Source of the DNA: Hydractinia symbiolongicarpus
Lineage: Eukaryota
Direction: 5' to 3'
DNA length: 64,000 nucleotides
Assembly: GCF_029227915.1 (NCBI RefSeq)
Contig: NC_079887.1
Span: 16,096,214 to 16,160,213, forward strand
This document shows positions 13,075-23,979 of this stretch, piece after piece; position 1 is the first letter of the stretch; every line of letters starts with the position of its first letter. The translations under genes were made by a program, and so were the position numbers. The notes under the pieces are model-generated. The model searched no databases and had not been told where the DNA came from. It saw only the letters and a list, made by a program, of their open reading frames with translations.

Positions 13075-14075
13075 CTTTTTTTTATGGAGTTATATGTGGG
13101 ACAATATTCGTGTATAGTTTTCGTCGCGTCGTAATGTTTTTCGTCGCGTCGTATCTTTCTTCGTGGCGTGGTTTTCTTCGCAGCGTAATGCTTTTCGTCG
13201 TGGCGTATTACTCATGTTAGTGTGATCTCATGTTTCGTCGTGTCGTATGTCACGTCGTGGGGTATTTCACTTTGAGGCGAAATAGTTATGCTTTTTTTAC
13301 ACGGAATTACTAATTTCGTGAAGCTTTTACACAATATATTTCACTTTCTTTCTAGTGGCTTTGGGTAAAGCTAGCTATTATTTTTGTCATTTTCTTTTAA
13401 TAAACGATACATTCTTAGCTATATTACTTAGCTACCTAGCTAGCTATACATTTTAAGCATGCAACACTGTATAATCTATTATCTATTTTGCAGTTTAAAT
13501 GGATTCTAATAAAAATATCAAAAATCAAGTAAACTAATTACATAAACATAAATTATTACATAAAACTTACACAACACATAATATTTCTTCATAATCACAA
13601 ATGTAAACTAACTTAAAAATAGAATATAATTTTTAGCACTAAACTAAAGGTTTTGTTTATTTTACTGCACTTTATTCATGTGACTTGGATTTCTTGTAAG
13701 CGCTGCACGAATTTAGTAATTTCGTGTTAAAAAAGCATGAAAATTTTCGCTACAAAGTAAAATACGCCACAAAGTAAAATACGCTACAAAGTAAAATACG
13801 CCACAAAGTAAAATACGCCGCGAAGTGAAGTACGCTACGAAGTGAAATACGCCGTGAAGTAAAATACACCACGAAGTGAAATACGCCGCAAAGTGAAATA
13901 CGCCGCGACGAACACAAATACGACTCGACGAAAGGTTAACCACCCCACAAAGAAAGATACGACGCGACAAAAACCACACCACGAAGAAAGATACGACACG
14001 ACGAAAAGCATTTACGACGCGACGAAAACCGTACACGAATATTGTCCCATATATAACTCCATATTTTTTCGGGGC
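13075..14075. mobile_element. Nested foldback / MITE-like element (~1 kb) with terminal inverted repeats and subterminal 17-20-bp tandem repeats
   Basis: The termini 13085 ggagttatatgtgggacaatattcgtgta and 14035 tacacgaatattgtcccatatataactcc are perfect inverted repeats. The left arm carries tandem ttcgtcgcgtcgtaatgttt units (13100-13270). The right arm carries the complementary acaaagtaaaatacgcc units (13740-13990). Confidence 0.6.
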
Positions 14076-15949
14076 AGTATTTCAATAGTATAGCTTGATT
14101 AGTTCTTAAACCAAATAAATCTCTTAGATGCATAAAAATTCAAATATTCCAATGATATTTGTCCGACTCAAGAAGCTGCTGCCGTAGAGAAGCTATAGCA
14201 CATTAAGGATTAGAGCCGTTTACGATGAAATTATTCCATTGTTGTTTGAAGTAAAAACAGGTCATAACTTTTTATCCGCAAAGGCTCTTAGGCTGAAATT
14301 CTGTAGAAGGCAAGTCAGTAATATAGCGTATCATTAGGAAAAAGAAAAAATACTGTTTTAACAGATATGGAAGAATTCCAAATTAAAAGTCAAAACTTAG
14401 GTGAAAAGAAAAATGACAATATTTTCGAGCAAGATGTAAAATTTTGCAAATTCTTATATTTACATGGAACAAGGATGTTCCAAAAAGGCATAAGTATAAA
14501 ATTTATCTCATTTAAAGAGTCTCCGTGGATTTGATATTCCATTGAAGTTAGGATCAGAGTAGAAAAGTTGAAAATAGTTCTAAATAATGTAATCATTATT
14601 GGCTCCATCCTCGTGAGAAACTGAAACTCCTATTTTGTGTATTGCTTCCAAAGTCACAAAATATCCTTTCAAACAAGAAATTTTGGGAAAAAGAGCGTTC
14701 TGGGAGGAACTATTCCAGTTTTTTGCTAAGAACTACGTCTTTGAAAATGGAATGCGACATGATTATAAGCTTATTATATTATATAATGATGATAAGGTAT
14801 TGATGGGAAAGGCTTGAATAAGTTTTTCAGTGATTTAGATTGATAATGAGCTGTTCGGTAAGACGATATTCCACCGATTTTCTTGATTTTTAAATTCTGA
14901 TAACCTCTTCCATTTTAGAGCATATGGATAGAAAAATCACTATCCATCAACGTGTATCGGACTTCCAACTAAAACACTGAAGGGGAGTAACATCAATTAA
15001 AGAAGCCTTCTAGAACGAATTATTCTTCTCTTAAAGAGGAGAATAATTTTTTAAACCATCGATCAGAAAACATCTATTGAAATTAGATACCGTTGTAAGA
15101 TTACAACTGAGGTTGCTAATTTTTTATTGGAATTCTTTCAATCCTTGAACCCTCTTAGTTATGGAATTCATTTCTTGGTGGCGTTTTTAAAGTGTCTCAA
15201 AGACGTAATTTGGCCAAAAATGACATACTGAGACATCTTCATACAGCAAAATAAAAACTCAGGACAGAAGTTGTCAATATAACGAAGTTGTGGAATTAGT
15301 GTTAATGGAATTAGTCTTTTCACAGTGCTCCTTAAACTGCTTTAGTTTATTTTGTTCCTATTATAAAGTTTCATAAATATGTTGTATTTAGTTTGACTTA
15401 GTTTAAAAAGGAACTGATCATGTTACGAAAAATCTGTCTCCTATTCTGGGTGTAATTTGGACAACACCGTGCGGAATATCTAATCCATGCTTGCTCTTTA
15501 AATTATTTTTTCAGTAATCCATTTTAAATTCATGATTATTCTACAAATAATTACAGCTTCCGAGGGTTGTTGCGCAGTTTAAAGTTGTCTTCGTAGAGGC
15601 TTTTTGTTTAAAATAAAACGTCATATTTCAATGGAATAATCCATTAAAAAGAACACCTTGAATACAAACTTGCAGTAGATAAAATTGCAATTATCGCGAT
15701 ATTGGAATATCTAATCCAAGGAAGCTCTTGAAAATTTGGAGTACATATTCCCCATTTTTTTAAACATCAAGTGGGAAAATTTCAATTAGAAATTTTAAAA
15801 ACTAAGTTTTAACATCAATCTCTGTAAATCATTAAAGGCTTGCTTCCCACAACTTGTCTCAAAATACTTGTATATAGAATTAGTATTTAAGAAACCTTTT
15901 TTGCCGGATTAGAGAGTACTAAGGTAAAACAAACAAGAGCAACTAAGCT

Positions 15950-17700
15950 AATTAGTGTAAAGACTTTTTACTAATTAGCTTTCGCGGAGGGTATTTTGTC
16001 AAAATATATTTTCTATTAGTGGATGGATTTGTATCCTACCTCAATGCTTGTCTATTCTATAGTGCAACGTGTTCCCTCAGATTGGTTTCTAGTGTAAAGC
16101 CTTCGCATTGATTGGTCTGCTTAAGGACTGTTGATGCGTCATTTTCAAGGAGGGTATTTCTCCATAAAATTGTCTCTATTTGTGTATGGATGTGTTTCCA
16201 GCATAAGTGTTTGTGCAGGGTACAGTATAAAATTTTCTCTTTGATTGGTCTTTTAAAATATCTCAGATTTTATTTTGCGCATCCCTCAACTTCTAAAAGT
16301 GTTACCTCAAATGACGTATGGATGTGTCTCACATTTACAGACTTCCTTTTAATTTTTCTGCTAAGATTTCGACCTTTACTTTCATCCAGGTTGTTTTTAG
16401 CCATGTATTGTGGAATATCCCATACTGGTTTAGTGAGGCTTTATTTGAATAGATCTATTAGGTCATTTTTTAAATAGTGTTATCCAAGCTATCACTCCAA
16501 AATGTCGTCTCTATTGCATGTGCATAGGTATAAAACAATACCGCCTTTTTAGTACATACTATACATCTTTCCTCAAATCTAACAGCTTTAAGACTTTTAC
16601 TGTGTCATTTGCGAGGGGGTATTTGTCCAGAATATGGTTTCTGTTGGTGCATAGATGTGCACCCAACCTCACTGAATGTTTAATTTAAGGTGTAAGTCTT
16701 CTCTTGATTGGCGTGCTTTAGGACTTTTATATATCTTTTCGCGGAAGGGTATTCGTCCAAAGTTTAGTGTCTATTTGTGAATGGATTGTTATCCAACATA
16801 ACTGATGTTGGATAACATTGGTTTGTTTTATAGTGAAAAGTCTTTCCTTCGATTGGTCTGCTTTGGGACTTTTGATGTGTCATTTTCTTGGAGGGTATTT
16901 AGCCCAATTATCATTTCTATTGGTGTATGGATGTGTATCCAATCCCAATATTTGTTCATTACAGTGTAAAGTCTACATATTGATTAGTCTGCTTTAGAAC
17001 TTTCATTTTTTCATATCGCGGTAAGGTATTTGTCAAAAATATAGTGTCTCTTTGTGTATTGACGTGTATCCAACATCAGTGTTTGTTTAGTTTAAAGTAT
17101 AAAGTCTTCTCTTGATTGGCGTGCCTCCTGCGAAAGGACATATTAAAAGTCCAAGTCCAATTTGTCCAAGACATAGTGTCTATTTGTGTATGGATTGTTA
17201 TCCAACATCAGTGTTGGTTTGTTTTATAGTGAAAAGTCTTTCCTTCGATTGGTCTGCTTTGGGACTTTTGATGTGTCATTTTCTTGGAGGGTATTAAGCC
17301 CAATTATCATTTCTATTGGTGTATGTATGTGTATCCAATCTCAATATTTGTTCATTACAGTGTAAAGTCTACATATTGATTAGTCTGTTTTAGAACTTTC
17401 ATTTTTTTATATCGCGGTAAGGTACTTGTCCATAATATAGTGTCTCGTTGTGTACTGACATGTATCCAACATCAGTGTTTGTTTAGTTTAAAGTATAAAG
17501 TCTTCTCTTGATTGGCGTGCTTGAGGACTTTTAATGTAGGACTTTTGATGTATCATTTCGCAGAAGAGAATTTTGCCATAATATCATTTCTATTGGTAAA
17601 TGGATGTATACACAACCTCAATTGTTGTTTTTTTCAATATGTGATCACTTTGCATTAATTGGTCTACTTTAGAAATTTTGATACGTCATTTCCAGGGAGA
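15950..17700. repeat. Tandem satellite with ~140-bp unit (~12 units), including a young ~410-bp higher-order repeat (16690-17100 versus 17100-17520)
   Basis: The unit is gattggtctgctttaggacttttgatgtgtcattttc.ggagggtatt...tctattggtgtatggatgtgtatccaa...tagtgtaaagtct. 16862-17100 and 17271-17520 are near-identical. Confidence 0.85.
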
Positions 17701-18451
17701 ACACTTGTTTCTACTGCGGAATAATGTGGCATATTACGTTGGTTATAGCCTATCTACAAAAAAATGCATTTGTTATGTAGCGATAGAGAGTATTATAAGG
17801 GTAACATGCAGTATTATGCGATATTACGTTGTTATGGCCATCGACAGAAAATTTATGTACTTTTTTTGAATTATAAAGGTATTATGCAGTATTATGCAGT
17901 ATTATGCGATATTACGTTGGTTATGGATTATTGACAGAAAAAATATGTATTTGTTATGTAGCGACAGAGAGTATTATGAAGGTATTATGCAGTATTATGC
18001 GATATTACGTTGGTATGACCATCGACAGAAAAAATATGTATTTGTTATATAGAGAGGATGTCGGATAATGCGGTTTCATTTGTCGGGTCCATTTGGTTGG
18101 AGAAGTATGACTGAACGTCTGTCGGCTTTTTATGTCGATAAAGTATGAAGGTTGTTAGTTATGTTGTACGTCGTGTGTCGGGACCACTTAGCCCGGTGCT
18201 AAATGAAGTCGTTGCCCTAAACGGAGTCGTAGCCCTAACGCGGCCACTGGTTATCTCATGCGACCTAATATGTAGTAACAACCAAGCTTTTATAAACAAA
18301 ATAAGGAAAAGGCAGCTTTGGGTTGATGGACAGAAAATTTTAAAGTGACTCGCTACAAAATGGAAAGATCACAAGACAAATCAGGATTCTTGGATGCAAA
18401 TTCCAGTAAGGCTTTTTTTGGTTTATTAGTTTAAATTAATCAATGAACTTC

Positions 18452-18454
<3 letters not shown>

Positions 18455-18486
<32 letters not shown>

Positions 18487-18487
18487 T
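18455..18487. repeat. (GA)n microsatellite
   Basis: The sequence is gagagagaaagagagagagagagagagagag. Confidence 0.9.
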
Positions 18488-18689
18488 CACATTTAAGGGA
18501 AATGCATATAGTTAGCTAGCTAGCTAAACACCAATTTGAATTTATTATGTGACCTATTCACCTAAACATTTTTTGTGGATTGCTTGACCACAGTATTTAA
18601 TTTTAAAATGCACTAATCTTGGAAAGGTAGCCAAATGGTTGGGGGTTGATTGCAACTAAAACAGTCAGAAAAACTGACTAAGGGATTGT

Positions 18690-19420
18690 CTCACGATCGT
18701 TTCAAAAATAATTGTTTCAATTTGTATAATATTTTATTTGAAACGATCTCTATACGATTTTGAAACGAATTTAAAAAAAAATTGCAAAAAAATTGTTTTA
18801 AATTTGTTTCAATTTGTTACAAAATTGTTTCAAATCGCTTTGTTGAATTGAAGATTGTTTCGTAATTGATTCGTAATCGTTTCCTAATAGTTTCGCATTC
18901 GTTTCTCAATCATTTCAAAAAAATTAAAGTTAATTCGTTTCAACACTTCGTTAAATTGGTTTAAAATCGCTTCAAAATCACTTCAAAATCGCTTCTAATT
19001 TAACACATGTTTATCACACATCGCCGATTTCTAAATAAATTTACTATCAAATTTATATAAATGTGTGCATTTTTATTCAAAAAAATACCAAATTGAATCA
19101 TAGAAAGCGAAAAAGATCACCGTAGATTGTTTAAGAATCATGACAACGGGATTGTAGAAAGCGAAAAGATCACCATAGATCATATAGTTTCACGTAATAA
19201 ATTTGTCACGTTTTAATTGTTATTTAATTAATTTGGGGAAACAATTCGTTTCAGAACTTGTTTGGTAATTCTTTTCAAATTTTGTTTCTAGATTCGCTTT
19301 TAGTTTCGAAATCATTTCCAATCGTTTCCCATTCGCTTCCACTTTGTATCATTTTGTAGCTTAACAGATATAATAAACACAATCGTTTCTAAATCATTTC
19401 AAATTGCTTCATGATAGGTT
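18690..19420. repeat. Cryptic low-complexity repeat built from degenerate gtttcaaa(a/t)cg(c/a)tt units
   Basis: There are dozens of degenerate copies of units such as cgtttcaaaat, cgcttcaaaatc and gtttcaatttgtt, in two blocks: 18690-19000 and 19230-19420. Confidence 0.5.
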
Positions 19421-19479
19421 GAACAATAGGCTAATGGTGCTGAAAATACTAGTTAAAAAAAACTATGGTAAACGTTTTT

Positions 19480-19760
19480 AGCACATATGCACTACAAGCT
19501 GGTCTCCCAGAATAACAAAATGATTCCTTTTTCAAGGACCTTTTCAACAACATTATGGCATGTAAAGATGACGAATTGGTTATTGTAGGGGGCGACCTAA
19601 ACGGTCATGTGGGTGAAGACTTGTCTGGTTTTAAGGGTTACCATGGCGGTTTTGGATATGGATTTATGTGTAACCACTGATTTTCCGATCACTAACACAT
19701 TTTACCAAAGGCAGAAGCAAGATTTAAAAGACAATTTTTTTCTTTGACATTTAACAAATT
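19480..19760 (+). mobile_element. LINE apurinic-endonuclease-domain fragment
   Basis: The translation reads GGDLNGHVGEDLSGFKGYHGGFGYGFMCNH, which is the GDxNxxVG...G.HG motif block of non-LTR retrotransposon endonucleases. It is truncated on both sides. Confidence 0.6.
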
Positions 19761-20001
19761 TTGGCCGCACCTTTGTGCTAAGATGCCTCTTAGTTCCACG
19801 TCAATAGTTCACAGCTGGTGAATTTGGCTCAATTAAAGAAAATACTGTATTAAATGGAGCTACACTGCACAATCCTGTATAAAATAGCATTTTTTGTCCG
19901 TTTTTATTTGCATCCATGTAAAGCTGTGACTTCTGTTATTAAAGATTTCTCGCCTTGTATAGATATTCTCAGTTTAAGAGACACAGCTGAAAGTTCTTTA
20001 C

Positions 20002-20526
20002 TCAAAGAATTATTACTTCCTGCTTGTCAGTACAAGAAAGACATGGCTTTGTATTTTCTTGTCTGCAGTACTGGTGGTCTCCCTGACTTAACTGATCAGA
20101 TGTGCCGGGTGACAAGGTACCCTTTTTGGCCTTTTTAGGACGTGGCTGATACCGCTGTCGAATGGGTTTTCTTCGAGGAACAGGCTCTTTAAAATCATAC
20201 ACAAGTTTTAATGATGGATACAGATTACTGCAGGTTGGTTCTGCATCCTCAAAGTGCTCACTACAAACCCTGTCACTTGGATGTGGACTCCACAAAGATT
20301 TATCATCTTTTTCTCTCTTAACTCTCCGTACCCATTCCAAATGATTAGCTAAATAACGATTGGTACTGGGAAAACAAAACAGGCGATATGCTGGTGGTTG
20401 ACAGGAGGCACAAGTTTCTTTAGTTTGAGGCTGACTATTATGCTCTGTGCAAATACTTTTCCTCCACTTTTCCAATTTCCTTGTGTTATTCATACACCCA
20501 ACAACAGCACAATTAGCAGGACCCAT
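20002..20526 (-). CDS. THAP-domain protein ORF (C2CH zinc finger), probably transposon-derived
   Basis: Within ORF 20002-20619, starting from the internal Met, the protein is MGPANCAVVGCMNNTRKL...RLFCFPS...ANHLEWVRRVKREKDD...WSPHPSDRVCSEHFE. This matches the THAP signature C-x2-C ... FP ... W ... C-x2-H-F. The C-terminal part is basic and low-complexity. Confidence 0.5.
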   Translation of the reverse strand: MGPANCAVVGCMNNTRKLEKWRKSICTEHNSQPQTKETCASCQPPAYRLFCFPSTNRYLANHLEWVRRVKREKDDKSLWSPHPSDRVCSEHFEDAEPTCSNLYPSLKLVYDFKEPVPRRKPIRQRYQPRPKKAKKGTLSPGTSDQLSQGDHQYCRQENTKPCLSCTDKQEVIIL

Positions 20527-20912
20527 CTCGATAAGACTAGAAAGCCAAACAAATTCTCTCACTACTTTACTCACAACACTGCCAGAAACTGTAACTGCCA
20601 GAGCGGTTTGTTTACCCAAAACTCTGCCCAGCTCTCCAAATAAAAATGGTAGCCATTAGGTTGAATTGGTGTATAAATATAGATGAAGCTGTGCGCATTA
20701 AGGCAAAGAAGGGTCGTTGTCTTCCCACATTCCACCTGCCCAATGTTCTGTAACTTCACTCCCTGCAGATAATATTAAGCGTTCAGAGTATGTGAATTTG
20801 GAACTAATACTCCCACCATCATTAAATTCGTTGTATGTCCCAGATGACGAGGGTGAGTATGATCTCAATATAAGAACAGCAGACTGCAACCCACAACTCT
20901 CACTTAGTAGTA

Positions 20913-22714
20913 ATGTTTTGGGTAGGCCTAAGATTAAGGACTTCGTCTCTTGGTGCAAGTGAGAAAGCTGGTCACCCATCAAATTCTTTTGTCACCCAGT
21001 TTGCCAACCAATACGTCTTCTCCGCTGTGTGTGCCTTTGACAAACCGCATAGGCTGCAGTTAGCTAATGATCCTTTGCGACGATGGGACCAGATTGACGA
21101 CTTGCTCGTTACTTATAATTTGGGAGAGGCTTTCTTGCTAACTAAATCGTATGCCTCTTCCACCTCTGCCTTGACATTAACTGCTTACGGCAGCAGGAAC
21201 ATTTTGCAACAAATTTTACTAGGTTCCCCCAAAGGTTCAGAATGCTTTCCAGTACTTTCCCGGCAGCGGCTTCTATCAGGTAAAATTTTCATCAAATCCC
21301 AGAGTGTGCTGGCAGTTTAATAAAGGCCTGTATTGTTCCAACAGATGTCCCTTTCCACACAAGTGCACCTATTGTTCCAGAAATCATCCAGCACACCGTT
21401 GCTTATTTAGGCCCTTTTTTCCAATTAAGTCCTCTGATTGCACTTCTGTAATTGTTTTATTGTTGTGCAAATTATTACTTTTGCATCCCAATCGGATCTT
21501 AGTTAATTTTATCCTTATGGGTTCAAACTAGGGTGTCAAACTGGATAACTTTTGACATCTACAACTAATAACAAATCCTCTATGAAATATTCGAGAAAAG
21601 TTGATAAGACTATTTTAAAAGAGTTGCCCCTCCTCTGATTACCCTCCTCTTCCAAATTTTTATTGCTCCCCATTGGGTGCAGCTCCTAAAAAGATGATAC
21701 AATTCAGGTAATTTTAGACCTTTCATCAACACAGTGATTTTTAGTTAACGATGACATCTCTAAGGAATCTTATTCGGTTACATACTCATCATTTGAGAAT
21801 GCCATTGACATGGTACGTGAACTTGGCTGGCACTGCTTTTAAGCAAAACAGATGTCAAACATGCTTTCCAGTTGTGTCTGGTTCACCCAGATGACTGGCA
21901 TCTACTTGGCTTCAAATGACAGGAAAGATAATTTTTCGATGTTATTCCTTTCAGTGGGAGGTCATCACCATTTAATCACTTGCCAGACTTAGTTGACTGG
22001 GTTCTTTATTACCTGGCTGCCATCTGGCAGCTGTTTCATTATCTAGATGACTATATTACAGGTGATCCGCTAAAAGCAGCATGCCAGGATATTGTTTATT
22101 TAATTCAAAAGGTCCTTTAGCCCTAGAGAAAGATTAATGCTCCATCCTGCGTCCTTACTTATATAGGTATTGAAATTAATACCACTCAATTTATTATCCA
22201 TCTATCTAAGAAAAATTTTTATGCTGTTTTGTCCCTGTTGAGAGTGTGAAAAGGAAAACTGCAGGAAAAAGGAGCAACTGTCACTCATAGGATTGTTGTC
22301 TTTTGCATGCAAAGTCCTAAATGTGATTGTATTTTCTGCATATAGGTTAATTTACCTTTCTACCACAGTAAGTAGACTTCACCATCACATTACCATTATA
22401 TCAGAATCCAGCAAGGACATTGAGTTGTGGTTGATTTTCTACTAAGTTGGAACAGGATGGCAGTCATCCAAATAAAAATTACGTCAGAAACTATAAATAT
22501 ATTTACGGACGCTTCCATGAGTGGTTTAGGCAGTTTTTATGATGGAAAATGGTTTTCCATTTCTTTTCACAACACCAATAATTACAGCATTGCCTTGCTC
22601 GAATTACTTGCTGTTGTTTTAGCAGTACATATGTGGGGTGAGAAGTGGTCTAATACCATTTATACAGAACAGGTCATCATTTATACAGACAACAAGCTCA
22701 TAGTTCACATATGA
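20913..22714 (+). mobile_element. Decayed retroelement remnant: Cys-rich knuckle, RT-like block and RNase H
   Basis: A zinc-knuckle-like segment is CSNRCPFPHKCTYCSRNHPAHRC (21304-21531). An RT-like block LPNFYCSPLGAAPKKDDTIQVILDLS...AKQMSNMLSSCVWFTQMTGIYLASNDRK is consistent with an RT domain; the class is not assigned. An RNase H block with TDAS reads IFTDASMSGLGSFYDGKWFSISF...ELLAVVLAVHMWGEKW. There are multiple stops. Confidence 0.6.
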
Positions 22715-23089
22715 AGTACAGGTTCTTGCAAATGTGAGCGCATCAAGAAACTTGTTTGATTGTTGTTCTTTTTTACTGCAAACCACAACATTAATGTTTT
22801 GATGCACCATATTAGAACATGTTCTAATTTTTATGCAGACTTATATGCCCTGCCTACTTCGATTATTTTTCTTACCCAACATCCAGATCCATTCCTCAAA
22901 TTTATGAATTGTGTTCCATGCACATGTAGTTGCCTTTTTTTTTCTACTTCAGTGCCATTACTTTTTTCATGCTGGAGGTAAGTGGGGGACGTTTTGAAAA
23001 AAAAAATAACTTTTATATATTTATCTTTTTTTAAATGATCTTTTGAAACACAAGCTGTACTGAAGAAAAAATTTAGAAAGCACGCTGTA

Positions 23090-23930
23090 TGTCCTAAGAA
23101 GCACAGATGCATGAGACAATTGAGATGCCTTGAGCTTCAGACGCATCAAAATTTCCTAAGTGTTAGATAAACGCTAATTACTGTTGGTATTCAAAACCCT
23201 AAACAGCAGGTGCATGAAACAATTAAGATGCCTGAGTGTCAGGTAAGTCAACATGTCTCGAGTGTCAGGTGCATTTTTTTATTTAAGTGACGAACACAGT
23301 TATGTGTTATGACTGAACTGATGAGCAAGACAAATTCTCTGAGTTTTAATTTACTATTTATACTTATTATTGCGTTACATATTCTGCTACAACAGACACC
23401 ACAGCAAGTAAGATACAATAAAATGCCCTGAGGGTCAAGCACATGCTAATTACTGGTGGTCTTTATACTCTAAGCGTCTGGTACATTAGACAGTTGCATT
23501 TTGCCTACATAATTTCTGCACTTAACAAATACGTCAGTAAACTCACTTTTTAATTTTTTTTGTCATTTGATAACATATTAGTTAGCATTCTTGCTTTACA
23601 TGATGCCTTGTGCCAAAGGTTAAAAAGTGGTTAAAAAATGTTTTTCATGATTTAGTTGAAGTACAAAATATATGTTACTTGATTTTTTGCTAAGAACTTT
23701 TGTTTGTGCATTGCCATAGGGGGCAGCTAAACTATGCTAAAAAAACAATTTCTTTTTATCTTCTTATATTTTCCACTTCTTTTTCACGCATGCGTCTGCC
23801 GCAAATAATTCCCAATGCAAGGTTATATATTTCAGTGATTACATTGGCAAATACGAAGTGCAGTCGCAAATTACAAAGGCTGCAGTTAAGATGCCCTGAA
23901 TATCAGACAATAGCAGTTAATTATGCACCC
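23090..23930. repeat. Degenerate tandem repeat (~110-220-bp periodicity, 3-4 diverged units)
   Basis: Motifs caggtgcatgaaacaattaagatgcctgagtgtcaggt, gctaattactg(t/g)tggt and aagatgccctga recur at 23100, 23205, 23420 and 23880. Confidence 0.4.
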
Positions 23931-23979
23931 CCAATTTGGATGTTTTAAAAATTAATTTTTACTTTTTTTTAAATTTTAG

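Larger units (their letters stand above)
12250..18240. mobile_element. Large (~6 kb) foldback-type non-autonomous element with long inverted arms that contain tandem repeats
   Basis: The reverse complement of 17690-18240 matches 12260-12640 at ~85-90% identity. One example is agcaccgggctaagtcgtaccgacatacaacgtacaacataattgcacccttcatactttatcgacataaaaag versus the reverse complement of 18100-18200. Both arms carry ~100-bp subrepeats (cgtaatatcgcataatactgcataata...). The left arm also carries a reverse-oriented fragment of the 140-bp satellite (12640-12720) that is expanded next to the right arm. No transposase ORF lies inside. Confidence 0.6.
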
